Below are positions 1 to 12,746 of a stretch of DNA of 52,843 bases, piece after piece (within the stretch, counting starts at the first letter, position 1; every line of letters starts with the position of its first letter). The notes under the pieces were generated by a model, which saw only the letters and a list, made by a program, of their open reading frames with translations, had not been told where the DNA came from and searched no databases. The position numbers and the translations under genes are program-made. Source of the DNA: Nemertoderma westbladi (taxonomy: Eukaryota; Animalia; Xenacoelomorpha); assembly GCA_032718475.1 (NCBI GenBank), contig JAUCBJ010006092.1, forward strand, positions 1 through 52,843, given 5' to 3'.

Positions 1-189
1 ATTTAAGCATCCGAATTCAGCCTCCCGGGTGTAGATCCATCGGGTGAATGATCGCGCATGGGCTGACTTCGGCTAATGTTTTGTGTATTAGCATAAAATA
101 TTGTCGTATGCTAAAGGTGTTTTAATTAACTAAAAGACATATAAATTTTGGCAGGTTAAACTGCTAAAGGTCTTCAAAAGCGCGAACAG

Positions 190-2451
190 CTACTGCAGTT
201 CATCTCTCTTAACCACTGATCACCCTGTAATTGAATGCTACTGCAGTTCATCTCTCTCAACAACTGATCACCCTGTAATTGAATGCTACTCAGTTCATCT
301 CTCTCAACAACTGATCACCCTGTAATTGAATGCTACTGCAGTTCATCTCTCTCAACAACTGATCACCCTGTAATTAAATGCTACTGCAGTTCATCTCTCT
401 CAACAACTGATCACCCTGTAATTGGATGCTACTGCAGTTCATCTCTCTCAACAACTGATCACCCTGTAATTGAATGCTACTGCAGTTCATCTCTCTCAAC
501 CACTGATCACCCTGTAATTGAATGCTACTGCAGTTCATCTCTCTCAACAACTGATCACCCTGTAATTGAATGCTACTCAGTTCATCTCTCTCAACAACTG
601 ATCACCCTGTAATTGAATGCTACTGCAGTTCATCTCTCTCAACAACTGATCACCCTGTAATTGAATGCTACTGCAGTTCATCTCTCTCAACAACTGATCA
701 CCCTGTAATTGAATGCTACTGCAGTTCATCTCTCTCAACAACTGATCACCCTGTAATTGAATGCTACTGCAGTTCATCTCTCTCAACAACTGATCACCCT
801 GTAATTGAATGCTACTGCAGTTCATCTCTCTCAACAACTGATCACCCTGTAATTGAATGCTACTGCAGTTCATCTCTCTCAACAACTGATCACCCTGTAA
901 TTGAATGCTACTGCAGTTCATCTCTCTCAACAACTGATCACCCTGTAATTGAATGCTACTGCAGTTCATCTCTCTCAACAACTGATCACCCTGTAATTGA
1001 ATGCTACTGCAGTTCATCTCTCTCAACAACTGATCACCCTGTAATTGAATGCTACTGCAGTTCATCTCTCTCAACAACTGATCACCCTGTAATTGAATGC
1101 TACTGCAGTTCATCTCTCTCAACAACTGATCACCCTGTAATTGAATGCTACTGCAGTTCATCTCTCTCAACAACTGATCACCCTGTAATTGAATGCTACT
1201 GCAGTTCATCTCTCTCAACAACTGATCACCCTGTAATTGAATGATACTGCAGTTCATCTCTCTCAACAACTGATCACCCTGTAATTGAATGCTACCGCAG
1301 TTCATCTGTCTAAACAACTGATCACCCTGTAATTGAATGCTACTGCAGTTCATCTCTCTTAACAACTGATCACCCTGTAATTGAATGCTACTGCAGTTCA
1401 TCTTCTCTCAACAACTGATCACCCTGTAATTGAATGCTACTGCAGTTCATCTCTCTCAACAACTGATCACCCTGTAATTGAATGCTACTGCAGTTCATCT
1501 CTCTCAACAACTGATCACCCTGTAATTGAATGCTACTGCAGTTCATCTCTCTCAACAACTGATCACCCTGTAATTGAATGCTACTGCAGTTCATCTCTCT
1601 CAACAACTGATCACCCTGTAATTGAATGCTACTGCAGTTCATCTCTCTCAACAACTGATCACCCTGTAATTGAATGCTACTGCAGTTCATCTCTCTCAAC
1701 AACTGATCACCCTGTAATTGAATGCTACTGCAGTTCATCTCTCTCAACAACTGATCACCCTGTAATTGAATGCTGCTGCAGTTCATCTCTCTCAACAACT
1801 GATCACCCTGTAATTGAATGCTACTGCAGTTCATCTCTCTCAACAACTGATCACCCTGTAATTGAATGCTACTGCAGTTCTTCTCTCTCAACAACTGATC
1901 ACCCTGTAATTGAATGCTACTACAGTTCATCTCTCTCAACAACTGATCACCCTGTAATTGAATGCTACTGCAGTTCATCTCTCTCAACAACTGATCACCC
2001 TGTAATTGAATGCTACTGCAGTTCATCTCTCTCAACAACTGATCACCCTGTAATTGAATGCTACTACAGTTCATCTCTCTCAACAACTGATCACCCTGTA
2101 ATTGAATGCTACTGCAGTTCATCTCTCTCAACAACTGATCACCTTGTAATTGAATGCTACTGCAGTTCATCTCTCTCAACAACTGATCACCTTGTAATTG
2201 AATGCTACTGCAGTTCATCTCTCTCAACAACTGATCACCCTGTAATTGAATGCTACTGCAGTTCATCTCTCTCAACAACTGATCACCCTGTAATTGAATG
2301 CTGCTGCAGTTCATCTCTCTCAACAACTGATCACCCTTTAATTGAATGCTACTGCAGTTCATCTCTCTCAACCACTGATCACCCTGTAATTGAATGCTAC
2401 TGCAGTTCATCTCTCTCAACAACTGATCACCCTGTAATTGAATGCTACTGC
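190..2451. repeat. 48-bp tandem array, about 47 copies
   Basis: Unit TACTGCAGTTCATCTCTCTCAACAACTGATCACCCTGTAATTGAATGC, near-identical copies; on the minus strand each unit contains an acceptor-like ttcaattacag|G. Confidence 0.97.
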
Positions 2452-2972
2452 ATTCATGAGTTTTATTTTATAAGAAACATATGCCACCACGAGCCCTGGT
2501 GTCTCTTAAATTTAACGATTTGAGGATATAGATGTTATTACACTGTTATATAAATAAACTATAATCTGGACTTATTATAGTATAAATTAGATTAACCTGA
2601 TAGAACTATCTATCATATTTCATTAAATGACTTTCATGGGATTGATGTTTTATTTAGAATTGTGATTCTAACATTAAACAAAGATTTTGGATTAGTTAAA
2701 ATAAATCTCAGGACACATGTTTTTTTAATTAATTTAAAATAATAAATAAATAATTAAATAAATAATTTTTAATTTTTTTAAATTTTGGTTAATTCCTGGG
2801 CTTAATTTCTTATAGAGTACTAAACAGCATTGGGTATAAACGTAGTTTGTACGACGACGGCGGCGACGCGACCGTCTCTTTTACCAATTAATCCCTTTGT
2901 GGGTTGCGACCACAAGGCGTAACCACGTCTACTGCCGAATATATTAATTAATTGATTGTTTTGGTTACTTAC

Positions 2973-3056
2973 TTGTATTGCTACTGGTTATGTTTGATAT
3001 TTGCATATCATACATCTCACATCAAACAATGACATCTGGCTTTGTGGATAGATACT
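2973..3056 (-). other. Possible non-coding exon of a minus-strand transcript
   Basis: Minus strand: branch-like gctaat, then ...cataatttag| acceptor and CAA|GTAAGT donor; 84 nt with stops in all three frames. Confidence 0.35.
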
Positions 3057-3962
3057 CTAAATTATGTATATTAGCGGGAAATGTATTATTTATGTATAAA
3101 TATTATATCCCTTTGTACATTTACATTATTTCGAATAATATTAGTAGTATAATAAGAAAATGTTATATTGGTGTGTATCATATTTTTTTTAAATCGGGAT
3201 ATGAGCTATTATTTGCAACGACTCACCCATGGTGGGGGATTTAAATTTTCATGGCATCAAGAGTCCCTCCATATCTACAAATATCTACAAAAAGCGACTG
3301 ATCTCTACAGAAAAGTTGATTCTGTACAGAATGCCTGATCTCTATACAAATCTTTTGAATCTGTATTCTACAACAATTGGGCGCTGCAGTCTGACACAGA
3401 TTTTGTTACCGTGTGCAAGAAATTGGTATTATAGTGTTAATTCGCATTGCTGTAGGAATATAGATATCATCTATTATTCTGTTTGGTGTTTGTTGGTACC
3501 GGTACTGTCAGCATGGGAAAACCATTAAAGTGTTGTGTTACATTTGACTGCTCATATTACTTATTAAGTAATTTTCATATTATTATAAAACAATGAGCAT
3601 TTGGGATGTAATGTTTCTAATATAAGTTAATGGAACGGCCCATTCAATTTATTTCAAGCAGTTTGTTTAGGGAAAATATTACGTACTGAGTTGGAGTACA
3701 ATCATTGGATCTAAAAGAAATTAAAATGCATTCTGGTTCTTCCTCTTGGGAATTCACGGATGGATTATTTTTATAAATAGAAAACCCCAACAACTATGGC
3801 CATATAGCTAATCTTAACCGTATATAGTAGTATTATTAGTAAAGGGGATTGATCTCTCACCTTCCCCTCCACCCCCACGCTACACTTTTAAACAAAATTA
3901 AGAATTACTATAAAATTGCGTAAATAAATATTGAACAGAGGCACAATAATGTATTTACTTAC

Positions 3963-4051
3963 AGTCGTAAATATCCGGATAATTCCTCATATCATCAGCC
4001 TTACTGATCGCATCACACCAGAATGTGTCGTGTTCGCGTTGTTAGTGGAAC
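3963..4051 (-). other. Possible non-coding exon of a minus-strand transcript
   Basis: Minus strand: aatgttcag|G acceptor and GACT|GTAAGT donor; 89 nt with stops in all three frames. Confidence 0.3.
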
Positions 4052-4150
4052 CTGAACATTTGTTCCACAGCATTACTGAGCGCATCACACCAGAATGTGT
4101 CGTGTTCGCGTTGTTAGTGGAACCTGAACATTTGTTCCACAGCCTTACAA
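4011..4150. repeat. 72-bp direct tandem duplication (2 copies)
   Basis: ttactga.cgcatcacaccagaatgtgtcgtgttcgcgttgttagtggaacctgaacatttgttccacagc occurs twice in tandem. Confidence 0.9.
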
Positions 4151-4188
4151 GCTTTACAAGCCTTACAAGCTTTGCTTTTTGCTACAGA

Positions 4189-5125
4189 GTGGGGCGAGCC
4201 ACGAAAGTAAGCGAGCTTATCATACGGGTATCCCCCATCTCAATCGGTGTGTCTGTAGATCTCTCGTTCTGTAGATCCGTGTGGGGCGAGCCACGAAAGT
4301 AAGCGAGCTTAGCATACGGGTATCCCCCCTCAATCGGTGTGTCTGTAGATCTATCGTTTTGTAGATCAGACGTTTTAAACGTTAATAAATCAGCTAATAC
4401 TCAATGAAATCTAACCAAACTTGGTACACATGTTGTTTGGCAAAAGTTTAGAAATTGTCCAAATAGAATTTGAGTGGGTCCTTCAGGATGAGCGCAACGA
4501 GGCTATTGAAGGAGCTGAGTATTGTGTTGAACAATGGTTGTAATGAAGACGAGTCTGTGTTAACTATACTCCTAATAACGAGTATTGTTTTGACCATTCT
4601 CGTAAACCACATGGTTTAACATATTTGACGATATGTCATTTTATCCAATACTGATAATAGAATGTTGTAAGGTATATAGTTGGTTTCCAGGTTGTACAGG
4701 ACGAACCCAACGAGTTTAGCAGTGGATACGAGTATCCATCTGCCACAAATCAGCAATTAATTACTCGCACAGTTTAGAGAATTTCCATAGTTATAAAGGT
4801 CGACAGTCTGCGTTAAAGAAAATTAAATTGAGTCAAAACAAGACGAGCGAAACGAGGCTAAAGAAGGGGACGAGTATTGTAAAACTAAAAATATCATACT
4901 TAACTTAAATAGCCCTAGTTAGTTGGTTTACAAACGACAGTTAAGGCGTGTACAGTAAGGGCAAACTGAAATGGACCTCTATTTATTACAACCAGTTTAA
5001 CGCAAACTGAAAGCATCACTCTTTGATATTTTGGGAATGACGGTTTTCGTATATCCAATGGGAATTAGTCCATTATCCATCCTTATATAGACTCTCTCGT
5101 GCTGCGCGAAGGCCCCACAACGTGT
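4189..5125 (+). mobile_element. Non-autonomous Helentron/DINE-1-like (HINE-type) element, subfamily A, with duplicated ~91-bp 5' end
   Basis: Starts GTGGGGCGAGCCACGAA and ends CGTGCTGCGCGAAGGCCCCAC..CGTG; the same termini occur in other copies in the window. Short subterminal inverted repeat GTGGGGC/GCCCCAC. The class assignment is inferred from architecture. Confidence 0.6.
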
Positions 5126-5546
5126 ATGTTTGGTTGAAAACATATATGGTATTATATGTGAGATATTCACTATTCAGTTACTCAATATTGCGGAAGTTCG
5201 CCATTTTTGTTACCATTGTTTAATCAAGTCGTTCTGATACTATCTTGCTTAGCCTGACCGATATCAAATCATTTACCAATCAATGTTATAGGATTACAAC
5301 CCAAGGTGTAGGTTTGGGGAAGAGCTCAAAGTGACGTGTAATGCGATTATCATATGGGAGAACTCATTCAGGTCGGCATACTGCTGGGATCTAAAGATAG
5401 ATGCAATGGCGAAGAAACGAGTCTTCCAGACATAAATGTCTCAGACCCGCATTATTTTAAATAAATACAAAGTAAACGTAAAACAGAAAACAGACGCGGG
5501 CGAAACGAGCGAAATTGAAAAAAAACGTATCGAAATTTTGCAATAT

Positions 5547-6345
5547 GTAACATTGTGTGTTACAGGTGGTTACAGTGTGTGTAACATTGTGTGTCACAGG
5601 AGGTTACAGTGTGTGTAACATTGTGTGTTACAGGAGGTTACAGTGTGTGTAACATTGTGTGTTACTGGGGGTTACAGTGTGTGTAACATTGTGTGTTACT
5701 GGGGGTTACAGTGTGTGTAACATTGTGTGTTACTGGGGGTTACAGTGTGTGTAACATTGTGTGTTACAGGAGGTTACAGTGTGTGTAACATTGTGTGTTA
5801 CAGGAGGTTACAGTGTGTGTAACATTGTGTGTTACAGGAGGTTACAGTGTGTGTAACATTGTGTGTTACTGGGGGTTACAGTGTGTGTAACATTGTGTGT
5901 TACTGGGGGTTACAGTGTGTGTAACATTGTGTGTTACAGGAGGTTACGGTGTGTGTTAGATTGTGTGTTACTGGGGGTTACAGTGTGTGTAACATTGTGT
6001 GTTACAGGAGGTTACAGTGTGTGTAACATTGTGTGTTACAGGAGGTTACAGTGTGTGTAACATTGTGTGTTACAGGAGGTTACAGTGTGTGTAACATTGT
6101 GTGTTACTGGGGGTTACAGTGTGTGTAACATTGTGTGTTACTGGGGGTTACAGTGTGTGTAACATTGTGTGTTACAGGAGGTTACAGTGTGTGTAACATT
6201 GTGTGTTACAGGAGGTTACAGTGTGTGTAACATTGTGTGTTACAGGAGGTTACAGTGTGTGTAACATTGTGTGTTACTGGGGGTTACAGTGTGTGTAACA
6301 TTGTGTGTTACAGGAGGTTACAGTGTGTGTTAGATTGTGTGTTTT
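5547..6345. repeat. 34-bp tandem array, about 23 copies
   Basis: Unit GTAACATTGTGTGTTAC(AGGA/TGGG)GGTTACAGTGTGT with two interspersed variants and an internal GTAACA...TGTTAC hairpin. Confidence 0.95.
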
Positions 6346-7507
6346 TAGTATATTTTAATGTAAATCAAGAATACAAAACTTTATAACTAATAATTAACAA
6401 GATAAGTTAACTAACAAGTAAGTCGAATAAGGATAAGAAGTAGTAACAAGTTTTCAACTAATAAGTGTTAACTAAAGGACAAACGACACGTTTTATAGTA
6501 AATCTCGGGTGTGGAATAGCACTAGAACATTCTATACATTCTACGACATTCCATGAGCTCACATTTGTCCAATAAGTTATTTAGCACCTTGGTCCAACTA
6601 AACAGTTCTATCAGGTGTACACACGCTATTGGTTCAACTACTTTAATTCAGATAGAAATAAGGAAAATATATCGAAATGTTTAATTTTTTTACGTAAAGC
6701 AAGTGTACAAATAGTTATCTAAATGAAATAATTCCACATTATCAGTTAAGTTGTTGCGCGTTAAGTTAGGGGGAGACAGAAATGCAAGCCAATAGAACCC
6801 GAAAGGGCCGTTGTACAAATGTGGCAAATCAATTGTTAATCAACTATTATATTAACTGTAAAATCAAATAAAATTGTATTAATAGCATTTAAATGATTAT
6901 CGAGAATCACACAAATAATAATAATTAAAATGTAAAATTATAAAGTTCACTAAGTTAATCAAATGCCACCTGTGTTGAGCTGCAGACAATTGATTGTAAA
7001 TTGTTTTTTTAATTATTCATTTGTAACAATTGATTGTTATCGATTATTCAAGATTTTCACTATGACTTCCATTATTTAGCAGGCCATTCGCATGCCAATT
7101 AGGTAATTCTATACCTGAGAGGCCAACCTTTAATACCGAGAGTATAGTATTGTTGTAATCGTTTGGTAATAAGGCTTCCAGCTGTCCCTTAATGGATTAC
7201 CTACATAGGATACCTTAATTATACTTTAAGCGTCATCCTCTCTCGAATTTCGGTACCATACAGAACTGGTTAACGTATCAATTGTTGTTCATGAACAATT
7301 AATTCTATCTGAAAGACTGCTCGTTCAGAGGTTTGCATTTCGCGAAATATCATAATGGAGGAAAGTAGAAAACTTGATGATGATTTGGTTTCACCCGCTG
7401 TTTGTTAGTGTGGGGTTGGTTTGGTTACCTTTATAATATTGATATACCTTGTAGGCCTATGTTATACACTATTTCTGCTGAATGTCATCTCAAGACCTTA
7501 TTCTGAC

Positions 7508-7587
7508 TGGGGCGAGCCACGAAGTTGGCGGAGCCTTAGCGAATTGACACTGTTAGGGGGTGGGTCAATTTATGCAAATAGTTGTCG

Positions 7588-7619
<32 letters not shown>

Positions 7620-9003
7620 GTCGTCGTCGTCGTCGTTACGATTTTGACATGCTAATAACTTTGTCGGATTTAAAGCTGCCAAGTTGAAAATTTGTAGGTA
7701 TCAATATGAGCAAAAGTTGAGATTTTTGAGAGACTTTCAGACACCATCAGTGCAATGGTCTCCCGCTAGAGGGCCACATGTCTAAACATTAAATGCCCTC
7801 CCATTTCTTTGCTTTTAATCCGTTTAAGCTGAAACTTGGCAGATATGTATTAGACCATTAGCTGTGACTTTCAAAGGAGGCGAATCCATCTGCAGTTCTC
7901 CAGTCTGCCGCTAGAGGGCCAAAGGTCTGAAAGTGAAATCGTTGTCGCCGTTACGATTTTGACATGCTAATAACTTTGTCGGATTTAAAGCTGCCAAGTT
8001 GAAAATTTGTAGGTATCAATATGAGCTAAAGTTGAGACGTTTGAGAGACTTTCAGACACCATCAGAGCAATAGTCTCCTGCTAGAGGGCCACATGTCTAA
8101 ATGTTAAATGCCCTCCCATTTCTTTGCTTTTAATCCATTTATGCTGAAATTTGGCAGATATGTACTAGACCATTAGCTGTGACTTTGAAAGAAGGAATTG
8201 AATTGAAGGCTAATCCGTGTGCAGTTCTTCAGTCTGCCGCTAGAGGGCGAAATGTTTGAAAGTGAAATAAACCAGAAACTATATAGAAATTTGAAAAGCA
8301 ACGCAAATCGCATTGCAATAATAATGTTAATTATCAAGATTAAGATTCCCATTGTCTGATTTGTTGTGACACTGCTGTTGGCGCGGGGGGGGGGGGGGGG
8401 GGGGGTGGATCATATATTGCAAATAGTTGTCGTCGTTGTTTATTGTTACGATTTAGACCTGCTAATAAATTCGTTCGTTTTAGTTGAAAAATAATAGGAA
8501 AAAATTTGAGTTTTGATATACTTTGAGACACAATCAGTTCAACAGTCACCCGCTATAGGACTACTTTATGCCTGAAAGTGAATAGATTCTCCCGTGTCAT
8601 TGATTTTAATCAGTTTAAGCTGAATCTTGCCATATATTCTGGACCACATGCTGCGTCTTTGTGGGGGGGGGGGGGGGGGGGAGATTTAATCGGTCTGCCG
8701 CTATACGACGAAATTTCTGAAAGTGAGATCCGTCTCTCATTTCGTTATCCGTTATTCAAGATGAAACTTGGCCGATGTACGTATGTACTATTCATCCATA
8801 GGCTGTGTCTTTGTGGGGCTGGAGACCCTAATCCATCTTCAGTTCTCACTATACCGCTAGAGTCAGAAATGTCTGAATAGAAATGAAAGAGGTAAAAAGT
8901 GATTAGGCGAAATCTGCTTAAAATTTGCTAATACAGTAATACTTTCGAATTAGTACTTAAATTAAATTTAAGTCACGTGCTGCGCGAAGGCCCCACTTCG
9001 TGT
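7508..9003 (+). mobile_element. HINE/DINE-like element, subfamily B, with (GTC)n microsatellite and 315-bp internal repeats
   Basis: 5' TGGGGCGAGCCACGAAG, (CGT)n at about 7582-7636, internal unit GTTACGATTTTGACATGCTAATAAC at 7635 and 7950, 3' CACGTGCTGCGCGAAGGCCCCACTTCGTG. Confidence 0.65.
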
Positions 9004-9276
9004 AGTTTTAACGTCAATAGTTTTATACTAGTTTAGTAGTAAATAATAGTTAGTCAGTCTTTCGATAGTATTTTTGGACTAATCTTAAAGTATGTTACAG
9101 TATTTCGAACCCCATTTTAGCCTTATCATCATTTACACTTAAGATTAACAATATAAATAAATACCTTGTTTATATATACCTTATACCATTATGTTTATTA
9201 TTACTGAATTCCGGGTATATATCGCAAGCGCAGTTACCATCCCCCCTAGTTTATTTCCAAACTTGATAAATTGTTT

Positions 9277-9406
9277 GTGGGGCGAGCCACGAAGTTGGCG
9301 GAGCCTTAGCGAATTGACACTGTTAGGGGGTGGGTCAATTTACGAAGTTGGCGGAGCCTTAGCGAATTGACACTGTTAGGGGGTGGGTCAATTTATGCAA
9401 ATAGTT

Positions 9407-9451
<45 letters not shown>

Positions 9452-9466
9452 GTCGTCGTCGTCGTT

Positions 9467-9522
<56 letters not shown>

Positions 9523-10661
9523 TACGATTTTGACATGCTAATAACTTTGTCGGATTTAAAGCTGCCAAGTTGAAAATTTGTAGGTATCAATATGAGCAAA
9601 AGTTGAGATTTTTGAGAGACTTTCAGACACCATCAGTGCAATGGTCTCCCGCTAGAGGGCCACATGTCTAAACATTAAATGCCCTCCCATTTCTTTGCTT
9701 TTAATCCGTTTAAGCTGAAACTTGGCAGATATGTATTAGACCATTAGCTGTGACTTTCGAAGGAGGCGAATCAATCTGCAGTTCTCCAGTCTGCCGCTAG
9801 AGGGCCAAAGGTCTGAAAGTGAAATCGTTGTCGTCGTTACGATTTTGACATGCTAATAATTTTGTCGGATTTAAAGCTGCCAAGTTGAAAATTTGTAGGT
9901 ATCAATATGAGCAAAAGTTGAGATTTTTGAGAGACTTTCAGACACCATCAGTGCAATGGTCTCCCGCTAGAGGGCCACATGTCTAAACATTAAATGCCCT
10001 CCCATTTCTTTGCTTTTAATCCGTTTAAGCTGAAACTTGGCAGATATGTATTAGACCATTAGCTGTGACTTTCAAAGGAGGCGAATCCATCTGCAGTTCT
10101 CCAGTCTGCCGCTAGAGGGCCAAAGGTCTGAAAGTGAAATCGTTGTCGTCGCTACGATTTTGACATGCTAATAACTTTGTCGGATTTAAAGCTGCCAAGT
10201 TGAAAATTTGTAGGTATCAATATGAGCTAAAGTTGAGACGTTTGAGAGACTTTCAGACACCATCAGAGCAATAGTCTCCTGCTAGAGGGCCACATGTCTA
10301 AACGTTAAATGTCCTCCCATTTCTTTGCTTTTAATCCATTTATGCTGAAATTTGGCAGATATGTACTAGACCAATAGCTGTGACTTTGAAAGAAGGAATT
10401 GAATTGAATTGAATTGAAGGCTAATCCGCGTGCAGTTCTTCAGTCTGCCGCTAGAGGGCGAAATGTTTGAAAGTGAAATCTTTCTCCCATCTCGTTATTT
10501 ATGATCCGTTCAAGCTGAAACGTAGCAGATATGTAGTAGAAGTCGGCCTGAGTCTTTGGTGGGCAGTAAACGGTCTGGAGTCCTCCAGTCTGCCGCTAGA
10601 GGGCGAAATGTATAACTAAGTATAATTAAGTCACGTGCTGCGCGAAGGCCCCACTTCGTGT
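9277..10661 (+). mobile_element. Second subfamily-B HINE/DINE-like element (3 internal 315-bp units, longer (GTC)n)
   Basis: Near-identical to 7508-8270; units start at about 9521, 9836 and 10151; same 3' terminus. Confidence 0.65.
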
Positions 10662-11234
10662 TAACTCATCCGTATGCCTATCTTTATAGGAGTAAGGGAG
10701 AAGGGGATATAGAGTGGTGGTTTCTCAATACTAGGGTTGTTTCTACACAAATGTTTTCATGTACCAACTGTGGAAGTAATAATGAAATTGTACTTGATCA
10801 CATTCCTCTGGAAATTTGAATCGCTCCAGATATTGATTATATTTTTTGGTATTGTTATCGAAATAATGTACTTTTCGTCTTGTGTGCTCTGCTTTCGATG
10901 TATATATATTATATGTAAATGAGTTGGTATAAAGGTTGCATCGTTCTGCTTGGAACATGTGGGATCCTCTAACAATCAAAGCTTTTCCCGGAGTATTCGG
11001 TAATGGATGTACCGGTCCGGGAACGGCCGGTACCTACACATGTTCATATCATCGTTATTGGGATGCGGAAACAACGTTTCAGGAAGTCGAACTACACTCT
11101 TAGTAAATTGTGATCTCTTATTTTGTGTTCTATTGTGAATAATATCTTCACTTCCTTTAATTCTAAGTGGTTACGGATATGTCAAACTAAGTTCAAATCG
11201 ATCTTATATTAAAGTCATATTTAAAATTTCGCAC

Positions 11235-11390
11235 TGTTGTGTCCCTCGACAAGACACTTTAGACATTAGTGCCTACGCCAACCCAGCGTAATAATGGAAC
11301 CTGGCTTTGGGTAATGATAATAAAAGCGCTTTGAGTATGCTGAGCGTAGAAAAGCGCTATATAAATAACCAATATTATTATTATTATTAA
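11235..11390 (+). mobile_element. SINE fragment with L2-type 3' tail
   Basis: gtgtccctcgacaagacact central-domain-like motif, then aaagcgctttgag...gtagaaaagcgctatataaat and an (ATT)n tail. Confidence 0.55.
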
Positions 11391-12199
11391 TAATATTTAA
11401 TATTTAATATTTTTCCTTTGATTCACTAAGAGTTTGGCGTGGTTTTGTGCGTTTCTGCTTATCCTTAATTATTAATAACGGATGATGTGTTGTAGTTCCT
11501 TGGGGTGCGACAAATGAGGCATTCTGACAAGGAAAACGACTCAGTGGAAACTTTCATAAGGAAGTTACTGAAGGGGGATTATTAACGGCTGAATTATAGT
11601 CCTACCTGTTGCCTGTGGGATTTATTGATTGTTGAAGTGAATAAATATAATAAAATCCTCAATATTAATAATATTATTGCGCTCAGAGCAAAATAGAAAT
11701 ACCACATACAAATACAAAATACAATTAATAATAGAAATAGAAAGAACAAACTGAAACTTAAAGAAAATCTTTGTAGTTTTGCGATGAATTCTCTCTAAAA
11801 TAAACTTTTATTACATATTATATTATTTATTATAACAAACAGTATTATTATATAAAATTAACAAATAGATCTGTGATACGGATCAATCATAATAAATTAT
11901 CCCTTAGGTTCGTCTCCACAACATACTCTATGGCACATCTCTCTTTCCTTCTATCACAGATTACTCGCACATCAGTTTAAAGAACTGACAGATCTAGTTC
12001 CCAATATCTATTAATAAGGTTAAAAAGAAATTGGTCGCTTGTAATAAGTGTTAAAATATTTCATTATAGACCAAAATGACCTACCATATTCCTCAATAAT
12101 AACTTCATGATTCCCTCTATGTATCATGAACATTGTCACTTTATTAAAGTGCCAATCACAGATGGATGAAAGTGATGGACGATATTGACCCACAGTCGT

Positions 12200-12410
12200 A
12201 GGTGGCCCATATGGGCGAAGGTGATCCATGGTCGAAGGTGGCCCATGGGCGAAGGTGGCCCATGGTCGAAAGTGGCCCATGGGCGAAGGTGGCCCATTGG
12301 CAAAGGTGGCCCATAGGCGCAGGTGGCCCATGGGCGCAGGTGGCCCATGGGCGAATATGGCCCACAGATAAGGTGACTCATAGATAAAGGTGACCCACAG
12401 ATAAAGGTGG
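12200..12410. repeat. GC-rich ~19-bp minisatellite, about 11 copies
   Basis: AGGTGGCCCATGGGCGA-like units; accounts for the overlapping ORFs at 12020-12415. Confidence 0.9.
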
Positions 12411-12678
12411 TACAATACAGCAGTGATGTCCTAAGATAATTTGATTTATTTATGGCCCCTACGGCAGTAATAATTAATTAGTGTGGTGAGGAAATGTGAG
12501 ATGAAAATAATATCATTGTTAGGCGACACGAAAAATCGTGTCGCATCTATATGATGATGCGACTGGGGTTGGGAATTTAATGAATATCATTTGTGGCATA
12601 TTTTGTCATTTGCTTCATTATTCCTAGGTCGGGTTACTCGTTAACAACTTGAAGAACAAGAAGTTCTTAATTGATGAA

Positions 12679-12746
12679 ATGTTTGCCTTGTACTGTCTTA
12701 CATTGACAGTTCTGGTACATCTACTGTCTGCTGCAGCTCAGGAAAC
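12679..12746 (+). CDS. LGIC coding exon 1 (signal peptide)
   Basis: ATG at 12679 gives MFALYCLTLTVLVHLLSAAAQE-, a hydrophobic core ending in an AxA cleavage motif; donor AC|GTAAGT at 12747. An upstream acceptor (ttcattattcctag|, exon start 12628) implies a further 5'UTR exon upstream. Confidence 0.75.

Noticed and set aside
283-2523. Repetitive ORFs on both strands (CYCSSSLSTTDHPVIE / LREMNCSSIQLQGDQL)
   Set aside because: Translations of the 48-bp satellite, broken by indels with no frame preservation.
9359-9573. Poly-Asp and poly-Arg ORFs (also 7421-7687)
   Set aside because: (GTC)n microsatellite inside a repeated non-autonomous element.
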